DNA of 64,000 nt. It comes from Nostoc sp. DedSLP01. GTDB lineage: Bacteria > Cyanobacteriota > Cyanobacteriia > Cyanobacteriales > Nostocaceae. Shown here one piece after another: positions 15,011 to 26,071 of this stretch. How positions within the stretch are numbered: position 1 is the stretch's first letter; every line of letters begins with the position of its first letter. The stretch covers positions 1 through 64,000 of the forward strand of contig JAVRCJ020000016.1 of assembly GCA_034530875.2 (NCBI GenBank), in the 5' to 3' direction. The position numbers and the translations under genes were made by a program. The notes beneath the pieces are model-generated. The model was not told where the DNA came from. It was given only the letters and a program-made list of their open reading frames with translations, and did not search any database.

Positions 15011-15298
15011 CTAATCTTGGCTGAGAGTTTCTAACTCTTCCTGTAAAACGCGCAACACCCGTGCGATATATTCTGCACGCCACTTTTCGCGCTCATTAAT
15101 TACTTTGGCATCAGGTTCGTAACTTTCAATCTCAGTAACTGATAAAATTCCTTTAACTTCTAGCAACCGTTCAATAGTGTCGAGGCGATCGCGCAGTACG
15201 GATACTTCCCCAGTCAAAGCCATAACCATCGCCAACAATTTATCAATTTGCGGATTCTCTAAGTAAACTGGTCGTTTACCCTTGGCTGTTTTTGCCAT
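15011..15298 (-). CDS. Conserved hypothetical coiled-coil protein
   Basis: AKGKRP...DKLLAMVMALTGEVSVLRDRLDTIERLL. Confidence 0.75.
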   Translation of the reverse strand: MAKTAKGKRPVYLENPQIDKLLAMVMALTGEVSVLRDRLDTIERLLEVKGILSVTEIESYEPDAKVINEREKWRAEYIARVLRVLQEELETLSQD

Positions 15299-15395
15299 CC
15301 TAACTCCAATTCTCGAAAAACGAGGTCACATAACAAAATAAGGAAACCCAGAGAAAAATCTGACTTTCCCAATTACGAATTACGAATTAGTTTAC

Positions 15396-16532
15396 TTACT
15401 TAGTTGCAGCAACCACAAACCAAGTACCAAAGCTCTTGGACTTATCGCCTTGAGCTTTCCATGCGCCGTTAGGAACAAATTTCTCAAATGTCTTATCTGG
15501 TGCAAAGCCAGCCTCAGTAGCTAGTGCCACTAAATCTAAATCGCGTACAGCACTCCAGAAGGGTTCGTTGTTGTTAGCGGTTTCCCAATCAAAAACAAAC
15601 TGTGTATAAGGATCCATGTGACGATACAGCGGTGCTTCCACATGCAGCATCATCCCACCAGGAGCTAGTAAACGATAACACTCTTGCATGACTTTGCGGA
15701 TGGCTGGCGGGGGAATTTCATGTAGCAAAATGTGAGAAACCACTAAGTCGAAAGATTCATCTGAGAAGTTAGTGCGTTCGGCATTTTGCTGAGAAAAGTG
15801 TACGCGTTTGCCCAAAGATTCGGCTCTTGCATGACCGTAGCGCAGCATAGCTGCGCCTATATCTATGGCGTAGACTTCTGCATCCGGGTAAGCATCTACG
15901 TAGGGTAACGTGCTATTTCCAGCAGAGCATCCCATATCGAGAATTTTTTTCGGTCGAAAGTCTGGATACTCTGGTAGGAGATAGTTTTGGACTATGGATA
16001 GTCCCATGTCATCGTTGAGCGGTCCCAACCAACCTACACCATAAACATAAGCGCCGCGATCGTAAACTGCGCCAGCAGCGACATCATCAGCAGTAAATTC
16101 GCCGTGATATCCTCCAGGCATACAGTGAATGTCTACAGCTTTTTGATAAGCGGGAATTGAAAAATTGGGGTCGAGGGTTAAAGTACCTAGTTCGCTACCC
16201 TTGTCTTGAGCACGCTCAATCAACTCTGGCAGTTGCCTATCAACGCTGGTATTGACAGCATCCCATAACATTTCCTGGCTGATTCGTTTCAAGACACCAG
16301 TCCACTGGTAGTAGGGTTGCTGCTCCATCGCTTCCCGTATTTCATAACGATTTTCGGGAGGACGTTGATGTTCTCGTTCAAACTTCGGTTTGGCTAGTTT
16401 TTCATAAATTACTTTATTGCTAGGAGAGAGATTGCGGAAAATGTGCAGTTTTAAACTTTGAACAAATTCTTGGCGTGCCAACTCGTCTTGAGTGGTTTTC
16501 GGTAGCATAGCGTGTTGGAATTGTCGATCCAT
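15396..16532 (-). CDS. Class I SAM-dependent methyltransferase
   Basis: ILDMGCSAG motif I, FDLVVSHILLHE, LLAPGG. Confidence 0.9.
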   Translation of the reverse strand: MDRQFQHAMLPKTTQDELARQEFVQSLKLHIFRNLSPSNKVIYEKLAKPKFEREHQRPPENRYEIREAMEQQPYYQWTGVLKRISQEMLWDAVNTSVDRQLPELIERAQDKGSELGTLTLDPNFSIPAYQKAVDIHCMPGGYHGEFTADDVAAGAVYDRGAYVYGVGWLGPLNDDMGLSIVQNYLLPEYPDFRPKKILDMGCSAGNSTLPYVDAYPDAEVYAIDIGAAMLRYGHARAESLGKRVHFSQQNAERTNFSDESFDLVVSHILLHEIPPPAIRKVMQECYRLLAPGGMMLHVEAPLYRHMDPYTQFVFDWETANNNEPFWSAVRDLDLVALATEAGFAPDKTFEKFVPNGAWKAQGDKSKSFGTWFVVAATK

Positions 16533-16563
16533 CGTTGCTTTCTCCCTAATCTTTTAGGTACAT

Positions 16564-17799
16564 TTACGCAGGATTTAATAATTTAGCTACTGTTTGCACA
16601 TCCTTGTCACCGCGTCCAGAGCAGTTGATGACAATTCGAGGACTGCCGCTGAGTTGGGGACACAGAGTTTCTAAGTAGGCGATCGCATGAGCTGTTTCCA
16701 AGGCTGGAATAATTCCTTCCAATTTCGATAATCGCTGGAACGCGGCCAAAGCCTCTGCATCCGTGACGCTATAGTATTCAGCCCGACCAATATCTTTTAA
16801 ATAGCTATGTTCTGGCCCCACACCGGGATAATCTAACCCCGCACTAATTGAGTGTGCCTCAATAATTTGTCCGTCCTCATCTTGCAGCAGATAGCTCATT
16901 GCTCCGTGCAATACACCAACTCGTCCTTTTGTCAAAGTAGCTGCGTGTTTTTCAGTATTAACGCCTTCTCCGGCTGCTTCAACTCCAATTAACCGTACAG
17001 AAGGTTCATTAAGAAACTCATAAAATAGTCCCATAGCATTGGAACCGCCACCGACGCAAGCCATCAAGATATCAGGCAATCCGCCCCATTTTTCTATTGC
17101 TTGGGCGCGAGTTTCTTCGCCGATGACTGCATGAAAATCACGTACCATCATTGGGTAAGGATGAGGCCCTGCGACTGAACCCAGGATGTAATGAGTAGTT
17201 TCTACATTCGTGACCCAATCCCGAATTGCTTCAGAAGTCGCATCCTTAAGGGTTCCGGTTCCTGCTTCCACGGGGCGTACTTCTGCCCCCATCAAGCGCA
17301 TTCTGAAGACGTTCAGGGCTTGACGTTCCATATCATGAACGCCCATATAAATTACACATTCGAGTCCAAAACGAGCGCAAACCGTGGCTGTGGCTACTCC
17401 ATGTTGTCCGGCACCAGTTTCGGCAATAATTCGCTGTTTGCCCATGCGCTTAGCCAACAATACCTGACCGAGGGCATTGTTAATTTTGTGAGCGCCAGTA
17501 TGATTTAAATCTTCGCGTTTTAAGTAAATTTGTGGCCCCGTGCCATCGGGACGGGCATACTGTGCAGTCAGGCGTTCGGCAAAATACAATGGTGTGGCAC
17601 GTCCTACATAGTCCCTTAACAACTGCTGTAGTTCTGCTTGAAACCCAGGATCGTTGCGGTACTGCTGATAAGCTGTTTCTAATTCAGCAAGAGCAGGCAT
17701 TAGCGTCTCAGGTACGTACTTACCGCCAAAGCGTCCAAAGCGGCCTAGCGGATCGGGAACTTGAGTAGTTGAATTTTTAGAGAGGGGAGTAGTAGTCAC
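16564..17799 (-). CDS. trpB: Tryptophan synthase beta chain
   Basis: [36 protein letters not shown]. Confidence 0.98.
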   Translation of the reverse strand: MTTTPLSKNSTTQVPDPLGRFGRFGGKYVPETLMPALAELETAYQQYRNDPGFQAELQQLLRDYVGRATPLYFAERLTAQYARPDGTGPQIYLKREDLNHTGAHKINNALGQVLLAKRMGKQRIIAETGAGQHGVATATVCARFGLECVIYMGVHDMERQALNVFRMRLMGAEVRPVEAGTGTLKDATSEAIRDWVTNVETTHYILGSVAGPHPYPMMVRDFHAVIGEETRAQAIEKWGGLPDILMACVGGGSNAMGLFYEFLNEPSVRLIGVEAAGEGVNTEKHAATLTKGRVGVLHGAMSYLLQDEDGQIIEAHSISAGLDYPGVGPEHSYLKDIGRAEYYSVTDAEALAAFQRLSKLEGIIPALETAHAIAYLETLCPQLSGSPRIVINCSGRGDKDVQTVAKLLNPA

Positions 17800-18002
17800 A
17801 GGCTGATTTTGATGACGGAAAGAACTTAATTATTATAAGAAAGTCTAGGCATATCTGGGGATTGGGGACTGGAGACTGGGGGCTAGGGAATCAGACTTTT
17901 CGAGGTATACAGAGTTTTTTCAAAAATCAAATAGCAGTTATATATCTATTATTAATGAATGCAGCAAGAAATACGTTTTCAAGACTTTTAAGAGGTAAAT
18001 TT

Positions 18003-18254
18003 ATGTCGTTAGTCACGATTAATCTGCCAGAAGAAGTATTTAGCGCCCGTTGCTTGAATCCAGAAGAATTTGTGCAGGACATGCGCCTTGCTGCTGCGAT
18101 TTACTGGTATCAGAAGCAAGAAATTTCAATGGAAAAAGCCGCCACAGTTGCGGGATTAAATCGTCGGGACTTTCTTGCTGTACTAGCCCGCGAACAAGTT
18201 GATGTCTTTGCTGTTGACTTTGATCGTTTGCAGAGCGAGTTAAACGGTGGCTAA
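18003..18254 (+). CDS. UPF0175 family protein (putative antitoxin)
   Basis: MRLAAAIYWYQKQEISMEKAATVAGLNRRDFL pattern. Confidence 0.8.
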   Translation: MSLVTINLPEEVFSARCLNPEEFVQDMRLAAAIYWYQKQEISMEKAATVAGLNRRDFLAVLAREQVDVFAVDFDRLQSELNGG

Positions 18255-18367
18255 GACAGCGTTATATGATAGTCATAACAATCTACAGTTGAGCAATTGT
18301 TGCTTCTGTCCGCCAAACTTGAGATAGAAGTTTCCACCGCTTTGAAATTTTTCTTAATAAAAATTTT

Positions 18368-18715
18368 ATGTCTTCTTCCAATTCCAAATCTTCCGATAAA
18401 AACTTTGTCTACCGCGAATTTGGCAACGATAACTCCGCCGCCACAGAAAGACCAACTCCAGAATTGCCACCAAAACAACAAAATCTGAGAGTGCAAGCTA
18501 CTCGCGCCGGACGCAAAGGTAAAACTGTCACTGTGATAACTGGTTTTCAAGCCAAACCAGAAACTTTGGCAGATTTGCTTAAACAATTGAAAACTCAGTG
18601 CGGCACAGGTGGGACAATTAAAGACAACGAAATTGAAATTCAAGGCGACCATAAGCAAAAAATTCTCGAAATTTTGACCAAGCTAGGTTACAAAGCTAAA
18701 ATCAGCGGCGGCTAA
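18368..18715 (+). CDS. yciH: Translation initiation factor SUI1/YciH family
   Basis: GRKGKTVTVITG, LKTQCGTGGT, IEIQGDH. Confidence 0.92.
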   Translation: MSSSNSKSSDKNFVYREFGNDNSAATERPTPELPPKQQNLRVQATRAGRKGKTVTVITGFQAKPETLADLLKQLKTQCGTGGTIKDNEIEIQGDHKQKILEILTKLGYKAKISGG

Positions 18716-19335
18716 TTTTAAGTAAGTGCGGTTTACCGCATCTCAACCGAAATCTAGATTGAGAGAGGCAATGTTATCTTTAAGAAGTATCAATCAGCTT
18801 GAATAGTAGCGAATAAATGAGCTAGCAAGCTGTCTTTGATGAAGATTCATAGGAGGTTTAGATGGATTTAGTTCGGATTCTTTGTGCTGTTTTTCTGCCA
18901 CCTTTGGGAGTTTTCCTACAAGTAGGTTTTGGCGTAGACTTTTGGATTAATATAGTTTTAACGTTATTTGGTTACATTCCTGGGATTATTCATGCTATAT
19001 GGGTAATTGCTAAGAAATAACGATCGCTCCGATGAATTTGGGTGTAATAATCTCAAAGTTAAAGATTCTGAATAAAATTTGTGTAGAGGTAATTGATGAA
19101 TTGCCTCTACAAGATGAATCAAGTAAAAGTTAAAAAGTAAAATAAACCAAAATAAAATACTTTGACTCAACTAATTATCAGAATTTTAATAATAACTGGT
19201 AATTAGTTTATTTTATTTGGATTGTTTTTAACTAGAAAATTACTTTTGCAGCAAAATATTAGCGGACGCTCTCAATCTTCAAACAATTAGGTATCGCATC
19301 TCCGATCGAGAGAATACGCTAATAACCTTGCTTAA

Positions 19336-20040
19336 TCAAGCAATTATAGTTACTGCTCCCGTATCCAAATCGTAACGGCCTCCGACAATTTTTAATTTAC
19401 CGGACTCTAACCGTTGAGTTAAGAGTTGCGATCGCTTCAGTCGTGCAATTTGATATTCCACGTTAGCAACCACAGCATTTTCAACCGCGTCCCCTGGCTG
19501 AAATTTGGTAGTTTCGATAACTGGTTTAATTGCTTTAACAAAGCTACCAATATCGCCAAGTAGCGCTTCATTTTTCACCGCCGCGGTTACGGCTCCACAT
19601 CGTTCATGACCCAGCACCATCAATACTGGCGTACCTAATAAAGCAACGGCATATTCGATACTGCCAAGCGATTCTGAGGTGACAATATTTCCAGCGAGGC
19701 GAACATCAAAGATGTCTCCGATACCCTGGTCAAAAACAATTTCTGCGGGTACTCGGGAATCCGCACAACTGAGGATAGTTGCAAAAGGATGTTGCGCTTG
19801 GGCAACTTCCTCTAATCTAGCCGCAGATTGATCGGGGTATTGAGGTTTATGCTGAATAAACCGCTGATTTCCGTCTATTAACTTTTGCAAGGCGGCGTCG
19901 GGACTAAGGGTTTGAGAAGGCAATTCGGCAGCTTTTACCTGTTCAACTCGCCAGAGGAAATCGCTGGCAGTTAACATCATCCCGAATGCCCCGGTGGCTC
20001 CTAACTTTAAAAAGTCACGACGTTCCATGAAATGCTTCAT
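19336..20040 (-). CDS. Beta-class carbonic anhydrase with Tat signal peptide
   Basis: RRDFLK twin-arginine motif; CADSRV and GHERCGA zinc ligands. Confidence 0.92.
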   Translation of the reverse strand: MKHFMERRDFLKLGATGAFGMMLTASDFLWRVEQVKAAELPSQTLSPDAALQKLIDGNQRFIQHKPQYPDQSAARLEEVAQAQHPFATILSCADSRVPAEIVFDQGIGDIFDVRLAGNIVTSESLGSIEYAVALLGTPVLMVLGHERCGAVTAAVKNEALLGDIGSFVKAIKPVIETTKFQPGDAVENAVVANVEYQIARLKRSQLLTQRLESGKLKIVGGRYDLDTGAVTIIA

Positions 20041-20056
20041 TAGATTTATAGTTTTC

Positions 20057-20368
20057 TTATAACGACGCAACACATTTCATTGAGCGAATTTCCATTACGT
20101 CCGAGACGTAACAAGTACCTCCAAACTTGTTGAGTAACGGTCTAATGTTTTCTACAACAGGTTTAATTTGTTCTGGCATACAAAAGGCAATGATGTATAC
20201 ATTATCAAGCATTGTCATGTCTAAATCTTCTGTTGTTCCTCGTAATCCCTTGCCAGCTACATTTCGGATTACAGCATGACCGTGTACGCCAGACTTGTCT
20301 AAGCTATCTAATATTTTGCCAAGCTCAAAAGAGTTAGCAATAATCTCTATCTTTTTAACTAGGTGCAT
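20057..20368 (-). CDS. sbtB: P-II-like regulator, SbtB family
   Basis: KKIEII...GHAVIRNVAGKGLRG; directly downstream of an sbtA-family gene. Confidence 0.85.
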   Translation of the reverse strand: MHLVKKIEIIANSFELGKILDSLDKSGVHGHAVIRNVAGKGLRGTTEDLDMTMLDNVYIIAFCMPEQIKPVVENIRPLLNKFGGTCYVSDVMEIRSMKCVASL

Positions 20369-20372
20369 ATTA

Positions 20373-21341
20373 TTACCTCCAAAACAGGTTAATTCCGTAG
20401 AGATATAACGGAATTCCCACGATAATATTGAACGGGAATGTCACTGCTAAAGCTGTAGAAACGTACAAGCTGGGGTTGGCTTCTGGAACAGTCATCCGCA
20501 TAGCAGCTGGAACAGCAATGTAAGAGGCACTGGCACACAACACTGCGAACAAGAGCGAATCGCCTTGAGGCATATCGATCAATTTGGCAATTAGCAATCC
20601 AATGCCTGCATTAACTATTGGAATTAGTATGGCAAATGAAATCAGAAAAATTCCGGTTTTTTGCAAGTCTTTAATTCTCTTGGCAGCCACTAGCCCCATA
20701 TCCAGCAAGAAAAAGCTGAGAACACCATAAAACATTCCCTGAGTAAAGGGTTCTAAAGTCTTTCCACCGCGTTCTCCAGTCAAGAAGCCTATTATCAGGC
20801 TACCAACTAAAAGAAAGACTGAACTATTAAGAAATGCTTCTTGTAAAACTTCCCCCCAGGCAAACTCTCGCTTTTGATCGACAGAGAATAAATTCACGAG
20901 GATCAGGCCAACAATGATGGCTGGAGATTCCATCAGAGCAAGGGCTGCTACCATGTAGCCATCAAAAGTAATACCAAGCTCGTTGAGAAAGGCACTAGCA
21001 GTGATGAAAGTTACAGCACTGATAGAACCATAAGTTGCCGCGATCGCCGCAGCATCATAAATATCTAGCTTGAGCTTGAGGATAAAAAACGTGTAAACTG
21101 GGACAACACAAGCCATCAACATGGCTGCCATCAGTGTCAGAATTACTTCTTGAGTGATTCCGCTTTTAATCAGTTCTACCCCCCCTTTAAAACCAATCGC
21201 TAGCAGCAGATAAAGCGAAAGGAGTTTTGGGACTGGTGGAGGAATTTCTAGATCGGACTTGACAAAAACAGCAGTCATCCCTAGAAAGAAAAACAGAACT
21301 GGCGGATTCAGGATGTTGGATACTATCAAGCTGACATCCAT
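20373..21341 (-). CDS. sbtA: Sodium-dependent bicarbonate transporter, SbtA family (short type)
   Basis: KSDLEIP, YLLLAIGFKGG, YGSISAVTF, SASYIAVPAA, TFPFNI motifs; about 10 TM helices. Confidence 0.9.
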   Translation of the reverse strand: MDVSLIVSNILNPPVLFFFLGMTAVFVKSDLEIPPPVPKLLSLYLLLAIGFKGGVELIKSGITQEVILTLMAAMLMACVVPVYTFFILKLKLDIYDAAAIAATYGSISAVTFITASAFLNELGITFDGYMVAALALMESPAIIVGLILVNLFSVDQKREFAWGEVLQEAFLNSSVFLLVGSLIIGFLTGERGGKTLEPFTQGMFYGVLSFFLLDMGLVAAKRIKDLQKTGIFLISFAILIPIVNAGIGLLIAKLIDMPQGDSLLFAVLCASASYIAVPAAMRMTVPEANPSLYVSTALAVTFPFNIIVGIPLYLYGINLFWR

Positions 21342-21680
21342 TTCCACCCCTCCTGATACTCGTAAAGTTGGGAACTAGACAAATTTATCATCTGAAAAAA
21401 TTTAATGGCTCGATCATGATGTATCGTGTCTTGTCACCCCATGTCAATCAGGCAATAAAAAACTCCACCTATGAAGAGACGACGGGCAAAGGGGTGGAGA
21501 GGGATAATTAATAACTGATGACTAATGACCGATTTTGACTTTTTCCTGGTTGAACTAGTACAACACGGTGGAAATAAACATAACATTTAAAATTTTTAAA
21601 AGCCTTGCGCAACAGTAATTACGTAGCTTGCTTCTCACGCCTTGGCGAGTATTACAAATTACGAATTACGCGAAGCTGCA

Positions 21681-22328
21681 TTAGCCTATATTCCATTCCA
21701 AAAGTAAAGGGCAATTATGTAATTGCCATTCCAAGGTTGAGACGTTCAAATCTTTGATTAATCCAGTACTGATATTTAGTACCCAGCCATGAACTATAGG
21801 TGCTTTTGATGTATAAAGTACTTGACGCATGATTGAAGTTTGGTAAAGATTTTTTACTTGGGCTGCAACGTTCATTTCTGCCAAACGATTCAGACGTTCT
21901 TCTCTTGTTGGTAAGGCGTCAATTTCTGCTTTTTTCTTTAAATATAATTCTCGAATCGGATTTACCCAGTTATCAATAATACCGATGGTTTTCCATTCTA
22001 AAGCTGCCTTGATTCCTCCACAATCGTAGTGACCGCAAACAATAATGTGTTCTACTTCCAGATGTAGAATTGCATATTCTAAAACAGCTAAGAAATTAAT
22101 ATCTGTCAGAGAAACTTGATTGGCAATATTACGGTGTACAAATAATTCTCCTGGTTCTGTACAGGTAAAGTTTGTTAAAGGCAAACGACTATCAGAACAA
22201 CCTATATATAGAAATGGTGGTGTTTGTCCGCTAGATAATTCTTCAAAGTAATTTGGGTTTACAGCTAGTTTCTGGGCAACCCAAACCTGATTATTTCTCA
22301 ATAGTTGATTAATGCTGTTATATTTCAT
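21681..22328 (-). CDS. Beta-class carbonic anhydrase (cytoplasmic, Can-like)
   Basis: IGCSDSR, PGELFVHRNIAN, CGHYDCGG. Confidence 0.93.
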   Translation of the reverse strand: MKYNSINQLLRNNQVWVAQKLAVNPNYFEELSSGQTPPFLYIGCSDSRLPLTNFTCTEPGELFVHRNIANQVSLTDINFLAVLEYAILHLEVEHIIVCGHYDCGGIKAALEWKTIGIIDNWVNPIRELYLKKKAEIDALPTREERLNRLAEMNVAAQVKNLYQTSIMRQVLYTSKAPIVHGWVLNISTGLIKDLNVSTLEWQLHNCPLLLEWNIG

Positions 22329-22364
22329 TCTTGCATCAAAGTGGAGAGAGAATTGTTTGAAGAA

Positions 22365-22404
22365 GAATTCAGAATGGGCTACGCCCCGCTAGGCTAACAG
22401 GAGT
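22365..22404 (+). repeat. 40-bp dispersed repeat, copy 1
   Basis: GAATTCAGAATGGGCTACGCCCCGCTAGGCTAACAGGAGT; one mismatch to 31473-31512. Confidence 0.85.
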
Positions 22405-22841
22405 TAGTTCTACAGAATACTCAACTCAATTCTGATGAACGATACTTTTCTTCTGTATTTTATAAATATATTAGCCGTTCTATTTTTATTTATAAACTAA
22501 GTTGAATCTCTGAAGATATAAAATTTTTCTAAAGCCAATAATTAATAGTTTTGTTTAATTTTCTATACTTCATTTTGTTTGAAATCTGGTGTATAGTCTC
22601 ATTTCATCATTAGCAATCAAAAAGATACCCGACTTATTATGTAAGTCGGGTATCTGAAGCTGACAATTTTTACAAATGAAATACGATCGCTATAGCGTCT
22701 CTATATATTTAGCAGAGCAGACAAAGTTAAGTGGTAAACTAAGCTGATAAGGATAAAAAAATTTAGGTTGAAACATTTAATACCAATTGGCAAAATGATT
22801 GCAACACACGGATTTATACAATCTTTGAAGAGAAAAAATTC

Positions 22842-23093
22842 TCAATCCGGAACACCAACTTTGCTACCATTATGATGATTGATTGACCAACGATGATCGA
22901 CATTCATAGAAGAAAACTGACAAATTTCTTCTAGTCGCTTTTGTTGCACGGCGGCTTTACGAAGAGTAATAATTAGCTGATTAACTTGATGCCGTAAATC
23001 TGGATTATCATTTACTGCTAACATTGTTTGTCTTTCTAAAAGTTGAAGTATAAGTTCGTAGTGGATAGGTGAAGGTAAGGGAATTTGCTCCAT
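22842..23093 (-). CDS. Conserved cyanobacterial protein (DUF5340-like)
   Basis: PLPSPIHYELILQLLERQT...LIITLRKA. Confidence 0.75.
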   Translation of the reverse strand: MEQIPLPSPIHYELILQLLERQTMLAVNDNPDLRHQVNQLIITLRKAAVQQKRLEEICQFSSMNVDHRWSINHHNGSKVGVPD

Positions 23094-23373
23094 GAAGTTA
23101 AAGTTTCATTTCAAATTTGGTATTTTTATGAATCAGAGTTTGTCTTTGAAGTTCTGATGGCTGCGGTGAAGCATCCGATAGAACTTTTCTCTTATTAATA
23201 AATTGTTACATAATAATTAACTAATTGTTTAGGCTTTGATTTACCTAGCGATGAAGATTTAGCTAAGATGTTCTTCATATTAGGCAGCAAAATGCTGTAT
23301 ATCTACGTATAGTATGCCCAATTGCCAAACTATTATGTACACTGACCCTGCAAGAAGCAGGGTAGATGTTTTT

Positions 23374-24264
23374 TTAGAAATTCTTAGGCAATAAAGGGGC
23401 GATCGCAGCGCCGGGATCTGGTTGTTTGACTAAAGATTCGCCAATGAGTACAGCTGATGCGCCTGCTTTAACTACTAAACTCAAGTCGTCTGGTTTATGT
23501 AGTCCTGACTCGCTGACAACAACGATATTTTTCTCTTGCAATTGGCTACCTCTGGCAGCCAAAAGTTGGCAAGTAGTTTCGAGGTCAACAGAAAAATCTT
23601 CCAAATTGCGATTGTTGATTCCGACTAAGGAGACTCCATCTAAACCTAACACGCGGTCAAGTTCTGCCAAACTATGGACTTCAATCAAAGCTGCCATTTT
23701 CAGGTTGTTGGCAATTTTGAGGAAATATTGTAAGTATCGATCGTCGAGGATAGCCGCAATCAACAAAATGGCATCTGCACCTTTAATTCGCGCCCAGTAC
23801 ATCTGATAGGGATAGATGATAAAATCTTTGCACAGTAAGGGCAAATCTACCGCAGCACGAACCTGGGCTAAGTTGTCAAAGCCGCCCTGAAAAAATTTGC
23901 TATCAGTCAACACAGAAAGACAGCTGGCGCCGCCTTGTTCGTAGGATTGGGCGATCGCTACTGGATCGAAGTCTTCTCTTAAAACCCCTTTGCTGGGAGA
24001 AGCTTTTTTCACTTCCGCAATTACCGCTGGCTTTGTTTTCCCTTGGCGCAAAGCCGCAACAAAATCGCGGGTTGGTGGTGCGGAAAGTACCTGATGTTGC
24101 AATTCTCGTAAAGGTAACCTTTCCCGCATTTGGTCAACTTCTTGTTCTTTATGCCAAACAATTTCTTCCAAAATATTGTTTGGCTGTGAATCAGGTACAG
24201 CAGCCTGATAACGTAACGTAGATACAGCAATGGCTGGGTTAGGTGAACGACGACGGATTTGCAT
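23374..24264 (-). CDS. trpC: Indole-3-glycerol phosphate synthase
   Basis: [34 protein letters not shown]; start set at MQIRRR because the upstream extension is STRR-derived. Confidence 0.96.
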   Translation of the reverse strand: MQIRRRSPNPAIAVSTLRYQAAVPDSQPNNILEEIVWHKEQEVDQMRERLPLRELQHQVLSAPPTRDFVAALRQGKTKPAVIAEVKKASPSKGVLREDFDPVAIAQSYEQGGASCLSVLTDSKFFQGGFDNLAQVRAAVDLPLLCKDFIIYPYQMYWARIKGADAILLIAAILDDRYLQYFLKIANNLKMAALIEVHSLAELDRVLGLDGVSLVGINNRNLEDFSVDLETTCQLLAARGSQLQEKNIVVVSESGLHKPDDLSLVVKAGASAVLIGESLVKQPDPGAAIAPLLPKNF

Positions 24265-24405
24265 AAATTGGGGAATGGGGAATGGGGAATGGGAAATAGG
24301 GAATGGAGAGTGGGGCAAACAGGGAGGTAGGAAAGATGGGAAGCTTTTTTATAATCTGCCTTCATCTCGCCTACTCCCTACTCCCTACTCCCCACTCCCT
24401 ATCCC

Positions 24406-25836
24406 CTAAATTGCGATCGCTCTTTTATAAGCTTCGTCCAGGACTTCTGAAAGTGTTGGATGGGCGTGGACTAGATGTGCCAAACTTTGGACAGATTGAC
24501 GGTTAGCGATGGCGGCTGACGCTTCGTGAATTAAGTCTGAGGCGTGCAGTCCGAAAATGTGGACGCCCAGGACTTCGCCTGTGTCTTTGCGATAGATTAC
24601 CTTGGCAATACCGTCGGCTTCATTTTCTGCCAACGCTTTGGAATTTCCTTTGTAGTAACTCCGACTGGTGGCGATTTCAAAGCCTTCGGTTTGTCCTAAT
24701 TCCTTGGCTGCTGTTTCTGTTAAGCCCACATAGCTAACCTCTGGGTGGGTAAACGCCGCTGCGGGAATGCTGCGATAGTCTACTACCTTCTCCCTGCCAA
24801 CTATGTTTTCCACGGCGATGATGCCTTGAGCAGAAGCGGCATGTGCTAACATCATTTTGCCATTAGCGTCACCAATTGCCCAGAGATGCGGCACCACTTC
24901 ACCGGCTGACAATACTGCCATGCGATCGTCAACAGTGATAAAATTCCGGCGATCGAGTTCCACACCTACAGACTCTAAACCGAGATTTTGCGTCGCTGGG
25001 ATGCGTCCCGTAGCCACCAAGCAAGCATCTACTTCGATGACATCTACATCTTCTTTGGTTTTGAAATCTGCTAACTCAATTACCACAGGCGAACCGGGGA
25101 TGACTCTTTTAGCGTATATCCCCACTTTGGTTTCAATGTCGCGGGGAGTAATTAATACCCGTTCGGCCAATTTGGCAATGTCGCGGTCAAATCCTGGCAT
25201 TAACTGGTCTAGGGCTTCAATCAAAGTGATTTCACAACCCAAAGCCGAGTAAATATCAGAAAATTCCAAGCCAATGTAACCACTGCCAATAATCGCTACC
25301 CAGTCTGGTAGTGATTCCAACTTCACACCTTGGTCGCTGGTAAATACGGTTTTGCCGTCTACTTCAATCCCTGGAGGGACAAAAGGAATCGAACCAGGGG
25401 AAAGGATAATGTCTTTGGCTGTGATGGTTTTTTCACCGCTATCTCCAGTGACAGAGACTTTTTGCGTGCCAGCGATTTTTCCCCAGCCCCTGATGATATT
25501 TACTCCCAGACGTTTGAGACTGTTTGTTAAGTCGCCTTGAATCTTCGAGACAAGATTGGTAGCATGATTGGCGATCGCTTGGCGATCGAATTCCACGCTC
25601 CCAACTTGGATTCCCAGCGACTTCAGGTGGTGGGCATTTCGTAACTCCCGCACACGTCCAGATGCTGCTAGCAGCGCTTTAGAAGGAATACAGCCGCGGT
25701 TAACACAGGTTCCTCCCATATCACCAGCTTCAATAATCGCTGTTTTTAAACCACAACTTACGGCGTGTAGGGCTGCGCCATGTCCGCCCACACCAGCGCC
25801 GATAATTACTAAATCGTAATCAAATTCTTGACTCAC
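24406..25836 (-). CDS. lpdA: Dihydrolipoyl dehydrogenase
   Basis: [27 protein letters not shown]. Confidence 0.97.
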   Translation of the reverse strand: MSQEFDYDLVIIGAGVGGHGAALHAVSCGLKTAIIEAGDMGGTCVNRGCIPSKALLAASGRVRELRNAHHLKSLGIQVGSVEFDRQAIANHATNLVSKIQGDLTNSLKRLGVNIIRGWGKIAGTQKVSVTGDSGEKTITAKDIILSPGSIPFVPPGIEVDGKTVFTSDQGVKLESLPDWVAIIGSGYIGLEFSDIYSALGCEITLIEALDQLMPGFDRDIAKLAERVLITPRDIETKVGIYAKRVIPGSPVVIELADFKTKEDVDVIEVDACLVATGRIPATQNLGLESVGVELDRRNFITVDDRMAVLSAGEVVPHLWAIGDANGKMMLAHAASAQGIIAVENIVGREKVVDYRSIPAAAFTHPEVSYVGLTETAAKELGQTEGFEIATSRSYYKGNSKALAENEADGIAKVIYRKDTGEVLGVHIFGLHASDLIHEASAAIANRQSVQSLAHLVHAHPTLSEVLDEAYKRAIAI

Positions 25837-25961
25837 GTTAGTTTCCCCGTGTGCTTCGCCTATTTATTCTCAACTTGACCGACAATCAAAGCAACCCCTT
25901 TAACAGTTATATGAAAAGGGTGTAGGGGAGCCAGCGCCGAGGGCGGGTTTCCCACGCCACT

Positions 25962-26071
25962 GACACCGTTGGCGAAATATTTCTTAATGCTGGAAATGCT
26001 TGTGCTGTCGTGGAAACCTGCCAACGAAAGTTTCCAAAAACCACCCTTCCAATGAATTCGCCAACGGTATC
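25962..26071. mobile_element. 110-bp MITE with 15-bp terminal inverted repeats and 7-bp target-site duplication
   Basis: GACACCGTTGGCGAA ... TTCGCCAACGGTATC (14/15), flanked by CGCCACT at 25955-25961 and 26072-26078. Confidence 0.85.

Noticed and set aside
17862..18002. Long N-terminal extension of the UPF0175 ORF
   Set aside because: Derived from STRR and repeat-end sequence; ATG 18003 has an AGAGG ribosome-binding site and gives the expected family length.
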